DNA from: Alphaproteobacteria bacterium
Lineage (GTDB): Bacteria; Pseudomonadota; Alphaproteobacteria; SP197
Length of the DNA stretch: 64,000 nucleotides
Direction: 5' to 3'
Assembly: GCA_965228895.1 (NCBI GenBank)
Contig: OZ245842.1
Span: forward strand, 5,464,409 to 5,528,408
Shown: in pieces, positions 1 through 10,195 of the stretch
Numbering within the stretch: the stretch's first letter is position 1
How the letters are laid out: each line of letters opens with the position of its first letter
Made by a program: the position numbers and the translations under genes
Notes under the pieces: generated by a model
What the model saw: only the letters and a program-made list of their open reading frames with translations
What the model was told of the DNA's origin: nothing
Database searches by the model: none

Positions 1-33
1 ATGCTGGCGGCAGGATGCTGCTGTCTGCTTCAC
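1..33 (-). CDS. possible 5' end of a gene running off the left window edge
   Basis: Minus-strand GTG at 33 preceded by an AGGA Shine-Dalgarno-like sequence; only 11 codons visible (MKQTAASCRQH). Confidence 0.25.
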   Translation of the reverse strand, partial: MKQTAASCRQH

Positions 34-275
34 GGCCTGTTTCCTTTTCTGTTCGTCAAGACCGGCAGCACGGCTATTGCCGACCTCCATCACCGCATGG
101 TGACGCACCGCAGGCGCGATGATGCGCCGTCGGCGGAACAGACTGTTCGGATCAGCCGCCCGGCTTGGTGAACGCCGGCCCCGCTAAGGGGCGGGGTTAT
201 CCAAGAGTCGGAATTTGATTGGCAGTGCGTGCGCGCGCTGGCAACGTCTCGCCGGTTTCTTCTGGCGAGGTTCTG

Positions 276-2357
276 ATGGCGCGCATGGCGGTCGATATCG
301 GCGGCACGTTTACCGATGTCGCGATTGAGAAGGACGACGGCGGTCTGATCACCGCCAAGGTTCCGACGACACCGGCAGCGCCGGAAACCGGTGTGATGGA
401 CGGCGTCCTGTTGGCGCTGTCCGACGCCGGCCTCAAGCCAGGCGCTATCGACCACGTCATTCACGGCACGACCCTGGCCACCAACGCGCTGATCGAACGC
501 AAAGGCGCGGTGACCGCGCTTGTCGTGACGGAAGGTTTCCGCGACACCCTGGCGATCGCCTATGAGAGCCGGTACGACCAGTACGACGTCTTTCTTGAAA
601 AGCCGGCGCCGGTCGTGCCGCGTTACCTGACTTTGCCGGTCGGCGAACGCCTCAACATTCACGGCGAGGTGCTCGATCCACTCGACGAGACGGCGCTTGC
701 CGGTGTTCTCGAAACCATCGACGAACATCAGGTCGAGGCGGTGGCGATCGGCTTTCTACATGCTTACGCCAACCCAGCGCACGAGCGCCGCTTTGCCGAT
801 CTTCTACGTGACGCCAGACCGGATCTCTATCTGACGCTATCGTCGGAAGTCTGTCCGGAGATGCGCGAATACGAACGCCTCTCGACGGCGGCCTGCAACG
901 CCTATGTCCAGCCGCTGATGGCCCGCTACCTCGGCGCGTTGAACGACGCCTTGGCCAAGGCCGGGTTTGACGCGCCACTCTTGATGATGACATCGGGCGG
1001 TGGCCTGTGCGCGTTGCAGACGGCCACGCGATTTCCCATACGCCTGGTCGAGTCGGGCCCCAGCGGCGGCGCGATCCTGTCGGCGACCGTTGCGGCGCAG
1101 CGCGGTGACCGGGAAGTCCTTTCCTATGACATGGGCGGCACGACGGCGAAGATCTGTCTGATCGACGACTACACGCCACAGACCGCGCGCCGCTTCGAGA
1201 TCGCACGCGCCGCGCGATTCATGAAGGGCAGCGGCACGCCGGTGCGCATTCCCGTCATCGAGATGATCGAGATCGGCGCCGGCGGCGGTTCGATCGCCCA
1301 TGTCGACGAACTCCAGCGTATTGCCGTCGGACCGGAGAGCGCGGGTTCGGAGCCGGGACCGGCCTGCTACACCCGGGGTGGCTTGCGCCCGACTGTCACC
1401 GATGGTGATCTGCTGTTGGGGCGCCTTGACGCCGACCGCTTTGCCGATGGACGCATGAAGCTCGACACCGGCCTGGCGCAGGACGCCGTCGGCCGCGATG
1501 TCGGCGCCCCCTTGGGCCTCGATGCGCCGCTTGCCGCGCACGGTCTTTCCGAGGTCGTTGATGAAAGCATGGCGAACGCCGCACGGGTGCACGCGGTCGA
1601 GCGCGGCAAGGAACTGCGGCAGCGCACCTTGATCGCGTTCGGTGGTGCCGGTCCGCTGCATGCCGCCCGGCTCGCCGAAAAACTCGACCTCGCCCGCATC
1701 GTCGTGCCGGAGAGTCCCGGCGTCGGCTCGGCGGTCGGTTTTCTGATGGCGCCGGTTGCCTATGAGGTCGTCAAAAGCCACTACATGACACTTGACGGTT
1801 TTGACGCCGCCGCGGTGACGGCGTTGTTCGACGACCTTGCGGCCGAAGCCCGCGACGTTGTTGGGCAAGCGGTCAAGGACGTACCGCTTGACGAGCGGCG
1901 CACCTGTTTCATGCGCTATCTCGGTCAGGGTCACGAGATCGAGGTCGAGGTGCCGGCGCGCCCGCTGACCGTCGACGACCGCGACGCGATCCGCGCTGCC
2001 TATGACGAAACCTACACCCGTATGTACGGGCGCACGGTGCCGGCGATGGATATCGAAGTGTTGAGCTGGACGCTGACCTTGACCGCCAAAGGCCAGGGTC
2101 TTGAAGCGTCGCTGGACGAGATCGCCGATCACGACGCCGTCGCTGCCGGATCACGCCGGTTGTTCGATGGCTATGCCGGAGACTTCGTCGAGGCGCCGGT
2201 CTTCGATCGGGCCGCACTCAAGCCAGGGGCACGGTTCCGTGGCCCGTGCGTCGTGACCGAAGGTCAGACCTCGACGGTCGTGACATCGCGCTTCACCGGA
2301 CGCATCGACGGCCACCGCCATATCGTGCTGGAGCAAATCCAGGAGGCTGCGGAATGA
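276..2357 (+). CDS. hydantoinase/oxoprolinase family, ATP-binding A subunit
   Basis: DIGGTFTD, HGTTLATNAL, SGPSGG, DMGGTT and IGAGGGSIA motifs; ATG at 276 after GAGG. Confidence 0.93.
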   Translation: MARMAVDIGGTFTDVAIEKDDGGLITAKVPTTPAAPETGVMDGVLLALSDAGLKPGAIDHVIHGTTLATNALIERKGAVTALVVTEGFRDTLAIAYESRYDQYDVFLEKPAPVVPRYLTLPVGERLNIHGEVLDPLDETALAGVLETIDEHQVEAVAIGFLHAYANPAHERRFADLLRDARPDLYLTLSSEVCPEMREYERLSTAACNAYVQPLMARYLGALNDALAKAGFDAPLLMMTSGGGLCALQTATRFPIRLVESGPSGGAILSATVAAQRGDREVLSYDMGGTTAKICLIDDYTPQTARRFEIARAARFMKGSGTPVRIPVIEMIEIGAGGGSIAHVDELQRIAVGPESAGSEPGPACYTRGGLRPTVTDGDLLLGRLDADRFADGRMKLDTGLAQDAVGRDVGAPLGLDAPLAAHGLSEVVDESMANAARVHAVERGKELRQRTLIAFGGAGPLHAARLAEKLDLARIVVPESPGVGSAVGFLMAPVAYEVVKSHYMTLDGFDAAAVTALFDDLAAEARDVVGQAVKDVPLDERRTCFMRYLGQGHEIEVEVPARPLTVDDRDAIRAAYDETYTRMYGRTVPAMDIEVLSWTLTLTAKGQGLEASLDEIADHDAVAAGSRRLFDGYAGDFVEAPVFDRAALKPGARFRGPCVVTEGQTSTVVTSRFTGRIDGHRHIVLEQIQEAAE

Positions 2358-3985
2358 GCGACGCGCTTGACCGGATCAACCGGCAGATCATGTGGGACCG
2401 CTTGCAGGCGGTCGTTGAGGAGCAGGGTCAGACCCTGACCCGCGCGGCGTTCAGCCCGATCGTCCGGGAATGCGGCGATATCTCCGCCGGCATCTTCGAT
2501 CTGGACGGCCTGATGATCGCACAGGCGGTCACCGGCACGCCCGGGCACATCAACACCATGGCCGCCTCGGTCGGCCACTTCATCAAACACTTTCGGCCGC
2601 AGACCATGCGTCCCGGCGATATCTACATGACCAACGATCCCTGGATGGGCTCGGGTCATTTGAACGACTTTGTGCTGGTGCGCCCTTGTTTCCTGGACGA
2701 TCGGTTGATCGGCTACAACTCCTGCACCTCCCACCTGATCGACCTGGGCGGGCGCGGCACCGGACCGGAAGGCCGCGACGTGCATGAGGAGGGGCTCTAT
2801 ATTCCCATGGTCAAGCTGGTCGATCAGGGCGCGATCAACGAGACCCTGATGGATATCGTGCGCGCCAACAGCCGCATGCCGGTACAGAACGAAGGTGACG
2901 TCTATGCCCTGATCGCCTGCGCGGAAGTCGGCGAAGAGCGCCTGATCGCCATGATGCGTGAGTTCGCCATCGATGGCCTGGACGATCTGGGCCGGCACAT
3001 TCTCAAGACGTCGGAAGACGCAACGCGTAGACGCATCGCCGAACTGCCGGACGGTGTCTGGGATCACGAGCTTAGACTCGATGGCTACGATTTCGAGATC
3101 GCCCTGAAGGCGCGGCTCGCCATCGAGGGCGATACGCTGACTGTCGACTTTACCGGGACATCGCCAGCCTCGCGCTTCGGCATCAATGTGCCGATTACCT
3201 ATGCCCAGGCCTATACGGTGTTTGGGCTCAAATGCATCATCGCACCGGACATCCCGAACAACGCCGGTGCGCTCGCGCCCTTCATCGTGACGGCGCCGGA
3301 AGGGTCGATCCTTAATCCGCTGAAACCAGCGCCGGTCTCCCAGCGCCATGTCATCGGCCAGCTTCTGCCCGACACCGTGTTCGGCTGCCTCGACCAGGCG
3401 ATGCCGGGCCGCGTGCCGGCTGAAGGCACGGGCTGTCTGTGGAGCATGGTGATGCGCAGCACGATCGGCAGCCAGGCCGATGGCAACGCGCCGGCGTTCA
3501 TGATCGAGCCGGTGCACAACGGGGGTACCGGCGGTCGTCCGTCGAGCGACGGCCTGTCGGCGACGGCTTACCCGTCGGGCGTCATGGGAAGCCAGGTCGA
3601 GCTGACCGAGAGCACGTGTCCGCTCATCATTCGGCGACGCGAGCTGCGGCCGGACTCCGCCGGCGACGGTGCGTACCGCGGCGGCTTTGGCCAGATTCTG
3701 GAAATCGAACACAGCGCCGGCGCGCCGTTCATGCTGGGCTCCGCCGTCGAGCGCGTCACCTATCCGCCGCGCGGCCGCCATGGCGGCCACGATGGCGCCG
3801 CCGGCGAGTTGTGGCTGGCGTCCGGAGCGGCGCTGCCGGCCAAGGGCGAGAAGGAAATCCCCGCCGGCGATCGCCTGATCATCAAGACACCCGGCGGTGG
3901 CGGTTACGGCGATCCCGCCAGGCGAGACGCCGCGTTGCGTGACGCCGACCGGCGCGATGGTTTGGTGACAGCAAAACAGAACTAG
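2354..3985 (+). CDS. hydantoinase B/oxoprolinase family subunit
   Basis: [30 protein letters not shown] and TPGGGGYG motifs; ATGA overlap with the A gene. Confidence 0.93.
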   Translation: MSDALDRINRQIMWDRLQAVVEEQGQTLTRAAFSPIVRECGDISAGIFDLDGLMIAQAVTGTPGHINTMAASVGHFIKHFRPQTMRPGDIYMTNDPWMGSGHLNDFVLVRPCFLDDRLIGYNSCTSHLIDLGGRGTGPEGRDVHEEGLYIPMVKLVDQGAINETLMDIVRANSRMPVQNEGDVYALIACAEVGEERLIAMMREFAIDGLDDLGRHILKTSEDATRRRIAELPDGVWDHELRLDGYDFEIALKARLAIEGDTLTVDFTGTSPASRFGINVPITYAQAYTVFGLKCIIAPDIPNNAGALAPFIVTAPEGSILNPLKPAPVSQRHVIGQLLPDTVFGCLDQAMPGRVPAEGTGCLWSMVMRSTIGSQADGNAPAFMIEPVHNGGTGGRPSSDGLSATAYPSGVMGSQVELTESTCPLIIRRRELRPDSAGDGAYRGGFGQILEIEHSAGAPFMLGSAVERVTYPPRGRHGGHDGAAGELWLASGAALPAKGEKEIPAGDRLIIKTPGGGGYGDPARRDAALRDADRRDGLVTAKQN

Positions 3986-4008
3986 ACCTTACGCCAGTCG
4001 GTTGTCAC

Positions 4009-5325
4009 CTAGCGGTTCACCCACCGGTCGTGAAGGTCGTACATCTGCATGGCGAGCGGCACGAACCATGTGTTGTTGGTCAAGAACGAGAGGTTCGGGA
4101 AGTCACGGTCGCTGAAAATCGTTCGGCCCTTCTCCAGACCCATCACCTGCCAGGCCACCTTGTGGCCCAGATAGGTTCCCATGGGCATCCCGACGAACGA
4201 ATAGCCGGTGGCATAGTAGACACCCTTTTGGTGGATTAGTTTCGGCAGACGATCGACGGGCGCGGAGCACCATCCGGTCCAAAAGCGCCCAAGCTGGATG
4301 TCGCCAAGCTGCGGGAACACCCCGACGAACTGATGGCGTAGCTTTCGTGCCTTGGCTTCCAGGGTGTCTTCTTCCGTACCGGTCAAGCCTGACATCAAGA
4401 TGCGCCGGCCATCGGGTGCGACCTGGATCGCCGTGGTGTTGAAGTTGTAGTCCAGATAGGTCCGCCGGTTGGGCATCAACGTGTCGAGTTGGTTTTCGCT
4501 TAACTCTTCCGTCGCCATGGCAAAGGCATGAAACGGGATCAAACGTGATCGCAGCCAATTGAGGTCCGAACCCGTATAGCCGTTCGTGGCGACGATGACG
4601 TCGCGCGCACGTATCCGGCCATGGGACGTTTCGATGTCGAGCCAACCGTCCGCATCGGGCTCGCCGATAAGGTCGACCTTGGTATGCGGGTGCACCTCCG
4701 CACCGCTTTCCATGGCGCGGTCAAGCAGGCCCGCGTGATACTTGCCGGGGTGGAAACTGCCGAGGTCCGGTACGTAAATGGCGCCAATGAAGTCCTCTGA
4801 CCCGTTGAACTCGCCCAGCAACGCGTCGCGATCCAACACCTCGAAACGCTGACCGAGGTGTTCCTGTTTCAACGTGTACTCATTGACGATGTCGTCAAAC
4901 TGGCGTTTCGAACGGGCAAGAAAAACCCGACCGCAGGCGCGATAGTGGCAGTCGATCTTTTCTGCCTCCACCGTCCGGCTCACGCTCTCGAACGCTTCGC
5001 GTGCTTCCAGATAGTAGGCCTTGGCCTGCGCCAGGCCGCGCCGTTTGATCAGGTCACCGAAGCTGCGCTTGAGTGCGCTTCCGACAAAGCCCATGTTGCG
5101 CGTGCTGGCGCCATAACCGGCGTCTTCGGCATCCAACACCGCGACATGGCGACCGCCGCGTGCGAGCTCGCGCGCCGCGTTCAGACCCGTGACGCCCGAA
5201 CCGACGATGACGACATCAGCCCGCTCGGGCAATGGTTGGACACCGAGCTGCGGCCGTGGCGCCGCGTCCCACCAATACGGCGCCTGTTTATAGTCTGGCG
5301 CGAAGATATCCGATGCGGCGCTCAT
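4009..5325 (-). CDS. FAD-dependent oxidoreductase (DadA/PuuB-like, DAO family)
   Basis: PYWWD N-terminus, VVIVGSGVTG Rossmann motif, GASTRNMG, VATNGY. Confidence 0.88.
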   Translation of the reverse strand: MSAASDIFAPDYKQAPYWWDAAPRPQLGVQPLPERADVVIVGSGVTGLNAARELARGGRHVAVLDAEDAGYGASTRNMGFVGSALKRSFGDLIKRRGLAQAKAYYLEAREAFESVSRTVEAEKIDCHYRACGRVFLARSKRQFDDIVNEYTLKQEHLGQRFEVLDRDALLGEFNGSEDFIGAIYVPDLGSFHPGKYHAGLLDRAMESGAEVHPHTKVDLIGEPDADGWLDIETSHGRIRARDVIVATNGYTGSDLNWLRSRLIPFHAFAMATEELSENQLDTLMPNRRTYLDYNFNTTAIQVAPDGRRILMSGLTGTEEDTLEAKARKLRHQFVGVFPQLGDIQLGRFWTGWCSAPVDRLPKLIHQKGVYYATGYSFVGMPMGTYLGHKVAWQVMGLEKGRTIFSDRDFPNLSFLTNNTWFVPLAMQMYDLHDRWVNR

Positions 5326-5458
5326 GACGGGAAGCCTCCGACCGCTCCATACCGATGGCAAGGATAACACTCTGGGCGACCACGCCAACCCGATGGGCTG
5401 GACCGCTGCGCTGTGTGGTCCTAGCTTGTTCCGAGGGTTGCCGTAGGTGGATCGCGTG

Positions 5459-5980
5459 ATGATGGGCCAATCGAGGCAAGGTGCCGGGCGTGCAACGCGG
5501 CGGTGGATTGGATCGACAGTCTTCGTTCTGACGGTCTATGCGATCCTGGAAACGGCGCATGCGCGAGACCTCTGTGCCGACATCAATGATTTGATCGAAC
5601 AGTCGCGATCGCAATTTGCCGAGATTGCCGCGGAAGCGAGTGACGAGACCGGCGATCACGTGGCAACGCGGGTGCTGGCCGACGCCACCTATTGCCGTAT
5701 CACCGCATCATCCGAAGACAGTGCGTACTACTGTGCTTGGGCCTTTCCTTATCGCGCCGAGATCGCGGCCGAGACGTTCGACCAGCTCGCGCTCGGTATC
5801 GGTGAGTGTGTGGGCCCACATGCGACCGTCCATGGGGACCAGGGCGTTAATCACCCGGACTTCTATGACGTACGCCGTTTTCGGACCGAGGCGGCAGACG
5901 TGAGTGTCTCGATCAAAGACAAGGTCGCTTTGGACGCAACGTACGTGTTCGTCCGCGTCCATGGCCGGACCGACGGCTGA
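5459..5980 (+). CDS. hypothetical secreted protein
   Basis: Signal-peptide-like N-terminus ending AHA; four Cys; fills the intergenic gap. Start uncertain (5447-5462). Confidence 0.65.
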   Translation: MMGQSRQGAGRATRRWIGSTVFVLTVYAILETAHARDLCADINDLIEQSRSQFAEIAAEASDETGDHVATRVLADATYCRITASSEDSAYYCAWAFPYRAEIAAETFDQLALGIGECVGPHATVHGDQGVNHPDFYDVRRFRTEAADVSVSIKDKVALDATYVFVRVHGRTDG

Positions 5981-6102
5981 CCGTCGCGAACGGTTTTCTC
6001 AAAGGATGTCAGCCTGATGACGGGTTTGGTCCTGGCGTGATAGGCTAAGTCCGCCGCAAGAAAAACAACAATGACCGGCGACATACCAAGGGGGAGAAAG
6101 CC

Positions 6103-6540
6103 ATGTCTCACAAGTATTCAGGTGGTTGTGATCACGTCCACACCCACGCGGACAGCGATCCCATCGATAATCACACGTGCCACTGTTCCGTCTGCAAAGG
6201 CGTGACCGGTCAGGACACGACCCATGTGGTGTTCTTTAAGCACGGCGACGTTGCCGTCGACAACCTTGATGGCCTGAACCGTCAGCCGTTCAACGCCAAC
6301 AACCCGGACGGCCCGCTGGAGCTGTGCACCTGCGCTGACTGCGGCGCGCCGATCATGCTCGACGACAAGCAAAGCCGTATTCGCGTCATCGTGCCCAATC
6401 TGATGGGATATGACACCGACAGCATGCCGGCGACCTATCATGCGTTTTATGATCCGGCGACTGGCGCGCCGAAACCAGACGACGGCCGTCCGGTCTATGA
6501 AGGTCTTCGCCCTGACTTTGTCTGGCCAGAACCGTCCTGA
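6103..6540 (+). CDS. GFA/CENP-V family zinc-binding protein (divergent)
   Basis: GGC near the N-terminus, CHCSVC, CADCG; GGAG RBS upstream. Confidence 0.8.
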   Translation: MSHKYSGGCDHVHTHADSDPIDNHTCHCSVCKGVTGQDTTHVVFFKHGDVAVDNLDGLNRQPFNANNPDGPLELCTCADCGAPIMLDDKQSRIRVIVPNLMGYDTDSMPATYHAFYDPATGAPKPDDGRPVYEGLRPDFVWPEPS

Positions 6541-6568
6541 TACGTCCTGTTTCTAGGACCTGAACCTG

Positions 6569-6616
6569 CGAAGCGTCCCGCACCGGTCAATCCATGTGGG
6601 GCGCTTCGTTGCTTTT
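6569..6616 (+). terminator. putative intrinsic terminator after the GFA gene
   Basis: Stem CGAAGCGTCCCGCA/TGTGGGGCGCTTCG (with G-U pairs) followed by TTGCTTTT. Confidence 0.55.
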
Positions 6617-6678
6617 GAGGCATCACACAGGTTGGAGAGCAGACTGACCTCGTCGGTAGTCCAGAACGGGGGTCCGAT

Positions 6679-7887
6679 GTGGTGGCGAGACATGGTTTGA
6701 TGTCCCGCAGCACCACGGTGCTGGCGGCGGCTTTCCTGGTGCTATTCGTCAGTGGCGGCTCGCGCTTCGCCATCGGACTCACGTTGAAGCCGATGGCTGA
6801 GGATCTGGGTTGGAGCCGCAGCACGCTCGGCCTGACCGTCGCGGTGTTTTTCGTCGTCTCCGCCACATGTATGTTCCTGGCCGGGCGGCTCGCGGACCGC
6901 TACAGCCTGCGTTTCATCTTGGGTGGTGGGCTTGCGATCTGCGCCGTTGGCATCGGTCTGACGAGCCTTGTCACCGCGCCATGGCAGGCCTTCCTGCTAT
7001 ACGGCGTCATCTTCGCAATCGGTAGCGGCGCGGCGTCGCTGACGCCGATCGGGGTGATGGTCAGCCGCTGGTTCCCGGGGCGAACCGGTCTTGCCAATGC
7101 GGTGGCCATCTCCGGTATCAGTGTCGGTCAGCTGTTGATGATCGCGGTGCTCGCCGCGGTGCTCGCGCAGATTGGCTGGCGCTCGGTCTATGGCTTGCTC
7201 GGCATGGCCAACCTTCTTCTGGTGCCGGTCGTTGTCGCGGCGATCGCGACCGGCCGTGTGATCGCGGCCGATGCCGCGACATTCAGGCACGACACCGGGT
7301 TGGCGATGCGGGGTGCGCTTCGTTCGCGTCATTTCTGGCTGCTGGCGGTTGTCTACGCGATCTGTGGTTTCCAGGACTTCTTTGTTGCCACGCATGTGGT
7401 CGCCTTCGCGACGGATCGCGGCGTCGAAACCTTGTTCGCCGGCAACCTGCTCGCGCTCATGGGATTGACCGGCTTGGTCGGCGTGCTCGCGGCAGGAGCA
7501 TGGAGTGATCGGTCCGGCCCCGTCTCGGCCACGCTTGCCTGCTTCGCGCTGCGGATCGTGATCTTCTGCGTGATCTTGCTCGACCAAAGCACGCCCGCCG
7601 TTGCCGCGTTCGCGTTGCTCTATGGCTCCACGTTCTTGGTGACTGCCCCGCTGACGGTAATCTTCGTGCGCGATGCATTCGGCATGAAACACCTGGGCGC
7701 GCTCAGCGGGCTCATAACGATGATCCATCACATCTGTGGCGGGCTAGGCGCTTTCGCGGGTGCGGCACTGTTCGACACCGAGGGAAACTATGATTCGGCG
7801 TTCGTGCTGATGCTGATCCTCTCTGTCGCGGCGATGGCGGTAACCTGGTGTTTGCGCGTTGCCAGACCGCCCACGCAATCGGACTAA
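6679..7887 (+). CDS. MFS transporter (OFA/MCT-like)
   Basis: About 12 hydrophobic segments; GRLADRYSLR motif A; GAWSDRSG. Start may be the ATG at 6700. Confidence 0.9.
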   Translation: MVARHGLMSRSTTVLAAAFLVLFVSGGSRFAIGLTLKPMAEDLGWSRSTLGLTVAVFFVVSATCMFLAGRLADRYSLRFILGGGLAICAVGIGLTSLVTAPWQAFLLYGVIFAIGSGAASLTPIGVMVSRWFPGRTGLANAVAISGISVGQLLMIAVLAAVLAQIGWRSVYGLLGMANLLLVPVVVAAIATGRVIAADAATFRHDTGLAMRGALRSRHFWLLAVVYAICGFQDFFVATHVVAFATDRGVETLFAGNLLALMGLTGLVGVLAAGAWSDRSGPVSATLACFALRIVIFCVILLDQSTPAVAAFALLYGSTFLVTAPLTVIFVRDAFGMKHLGALSGLITMIHHICGGLGAFAGAALFDTEGNYDSAFVLMLILSVAAMAVTWCLRVARPPTQSD

Positions 7888-7921
7888 GTCACCTCGCAGA
7901 CGTGGCGCGCCACGCTCAGCT

Positions 7922-9100
7922 CTAGAGCGCCGCGATCGCGTCCACCAGCCGGTCGATTTCGTCCTCGCTGTTGTAGTAGTGCGGCGCGGCGCGCACCAAA
8001 GGCGGTAGCTGGCGCGTCTCAAAATCGAGGAGCGTCGATGATGGCTTCGACGTCCCAACGGCCATGTTCTCGGCCGCAAGGCGCTGCTGCACCTCTTTTG
8101 GGCTGAGCCGGTCATGGCTAAAGGTGACGATGGCGCAGCGCGTCTTCCCGACATCGTGAATGTGGACATCGGGCAAGGCTTCAAGCCGCTCGCGCAGCGG
8201 TCCGGCCAAGTCCTGGATACGTTGCCAGATGGCGTCGAGACCGATGGCGCAGGCATAGTCGACGGCGACTCCCAGCCCGATCTTGCCGGCGACATAGTTC
8301 TCCCAGTTCTCATAGCGGCGGGCGTCGCCACGGACGGTGTAGTCGTCCGGCGCCGTCCATTCGGCGCTAAGCATGTCGAGCACCGGCGGCTCGCAGCGCG
8401 TCAGCATGGTGTTGCGGGCATAGAGGAAGCCCGTGCCTCTGGGCCCGCGCAGAAACTTGCGGCCGGTCGCCGACAGGAAGTCGCAGCCGATTGCATCGAC
8501 ATCCAACGGCATTTGTCCGACCGACTGGCAGGCGTCGAGCAGATAGGGAATGTCGTGACGGCGCGCGACCTTGCCGATGGCGGCCGCCGGGTTGACCAGA
8601 CCGCCGGAGGTCGGGACATGGGTCACGGCGATCAGCTTAACCCGGTCGTCGATCATTGCTTCCAGCGCCTCCACATCGGCCTCGCCATCCGCCGTGTTCG
8701 GGATGACGTCGATGACGATGCCGCGCCGCTTGGCGGTCTGCAGGAAGGCGATGTAGTTGGAGGCGTACTCGGCGACCACGGTCAGCACGCGGTCGCCCGG
8801 TTTCATGTCCTGGGCCAAGCCATAGAAGGCCTGGCACCAGGCGACGGTCGCATTCTCGACAACCGCGATCTCGTCGGTACCGCAGTTCAGCATGCCGGCG
8901 ATGGCGTCATAGGTGTTCTGAAGCGGGCCGGAGGCTTTTCCTTTGGCCTCATATCCGCCGATCCGCGCCTCCAGATCCAGATGCGCCTTCACCGCGTCGA
9001 GCACGGGGTTCGGCATCAGGCTGGCACCTGAATTGTAGAAGTAAGCGAGGTCGGCGGTTGCGGGCGTATCGCCGCGAAGACGTTTCAGGTCCAAAGCCAT
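7922..9100 (-). CDS. aminotransferase class V / cysteine desulfurase-like PLP enzyme
   Basis: YFYNSGAS, LDACQSVGQ, ATGRKFLRGPRGTG (PLP lysine), RAAPHYYN. Confidence 0.88.
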   Translation of the reverse strand: MALDLKRLRGDTPATADLAYFYNSGASLMPNPVLDAVKAHLDLEARIGGYEAKGKASGPLQNTYDAIAGMLNCGTDEIAVVENATVAWCQAFYGLAQDMKPGDRVLTVVAEYASNYIAFLQTAKRRGIVIDVIPNTADGEADVEALEAMIDDRVKLIAVTHVPTSGGLVNPAAAIGKVARRHDIPYLLDACQSVGQMPLDVDAIGCDFLSATGRKFLRGPRGTGFLYARNTMLTRCEPPVLDMLSAEWTAPDDYTVRGDARRYENWENYVAGKIGLGVAVDYACAIGLDAIWQRIQDLAGPLRERLEALPDVHIHDVGKTRCAIVTFSHDRLSPKEVQQRLAAENMAVGTSKPSSTLLDFETRQLPPLVRAAPHYYNSEDEIDRLVDAIAAL

Positions 9101-9105
9101 GGTGA

Positions 9106-10131
9106 TCAATCCATCAAGAGAACAATTTTGCCGGTCATGCCGCCTGCCTCGAGACGCTGTTGGGCCGCGGCGGCCTCGGTCAGCGGGAAGGTCTCGGCGA
9201 CGTGCAGTCTCAGTTTGCTGTCGACCATCAGGTCCATGGCCTGATTGACGATGCCGCCCTGTTGGGCGGCGTGGGCGGTGTCGCCGATCCACATCGCCAT
9301 CAGCATCATCACGTTGTGGACCGTGATGTTCCGGTTGAAGGCGTCACCGTTTTCGTTGTCTTCCGCCATGCCGGTCAGGCCGACGACACGTCCAAACGGC
9401 GCCATCGCGTGGAACGTCGCGCGCATGACATCGGCGCCAACGTTATCGAGCGCAACATCGAAGCCGCGCCCGTCGGTCCAGGCAAGCGCAGCGGCGGCAA
9501 CGTCGTCGCTGCGGTAGTTAATGGTGTAGTCGGCACCCAGGCCGGCAACGAACGCGGCCTTGTCGTCGTCGCTAACAGTCGCCGCCACCTTGGCGCCCCT
9601 GAGTTTGGCAAGCTGAATGGCGACATGGCCGGTGCCGCCCGCGCCGCCATGGATCAGGCAGGTTTCGTCGGCGGCCAACTGGGCGCGTTGATAGAGCGCC
9701 TCCCAGCCGGTGATGGTGACGAGTGGCGCGGCGGCGGCCTCGATGAAGCTCACGCTTTCCGGTTTGCGCGCCAGGCTGTGCGCGGGGACCACGGCGAACT
9801 CGGCGTAGGTGCCGGGATCACCGCCGATGCCGCCGTGGCAGAACGCTACGGCCTCGCCGGGCAGAAAACCGCGAACCCGCTCGCCGACCGCTTCGATAAC
9901 GCCCGCGCCATCGCTTCCCAGCACCCTCGGCTGGTCGCTCTCCAGAAAGGTGCCAGCGTTGCGCAAGTGGACGTCGGCTGGGTTGAGGCCGGCGGCTTTC
10001 AAGCGGACCAGAACATCGTGGGGACCGCGCGGCCAGCCAAGCGGCACGTCCGCCACCTGCAAAACGTCCGCGCCGCCAGTGCCGGCCGCAATCACAGCCT
10101 TCATCTTTGTCTCGGGCACGATGATCCCCAT
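9106..10131 (-). CDS. MDR superfamily NADPH:quinone oxidoreductase-like protein
   Basis: AAGLNPAD, LGSDGAG, GTYAEF, IHGGAGGTG, GKIVL; no catalytic zinc Cys/His. Confidence 0.88.
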   Translation of the reverse strand: MGIIVPETKMKAVIAAGTGGADVLQVADVPLGWPRGPHDVLVRLKAAGLNPADVHLRNAGTFLESDQPRVLGSDGAGVIEAVGERVRGFLPGEAVAFCHGGIGGDPGTYAEFAVVPAHSLARKPESVSFIEAAAAPLVTITGWEALYQRAQLAADETCLIHGGAGGTGHVAIQLAKLRGAKVAATVSDDDKAAFVAGLGADYTINYRSDDVAAAALAWTDGRGFDVALDNVGADVMRATFHAMAPFGRVVGLTGMAEDNENGDAFNRNITVHNVMMLMAMWIGDTAHAAQQGGIVNQAMDLMVDSKLRLHVAETFPLTEAAAAQQRLEAGGMTGKIVLLMD

Positions 10132-10195
10132 ATGACCTGTTTCGATGTTTCGCGCGTATCATAGACACGCCATTTAATCCACGCGGGGACCGCCT

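Noticed and set aside
60-200. Several short GC-rich stems upstream of the first hydantoinase gene
   Set aside because: Stems are only 5-6 bp, match no riboswitch consensus I recognise, and the divergent gene is cut off by the window edge.
7919-7928. Other CTAGAGC/GCTCTAG occurrences at gene ends (7922, 34185, 50604)
   Set aside because: They arise from CTC-TAG (Leu-stop) codons and lack the partner arm and internal stems of the repeat family.
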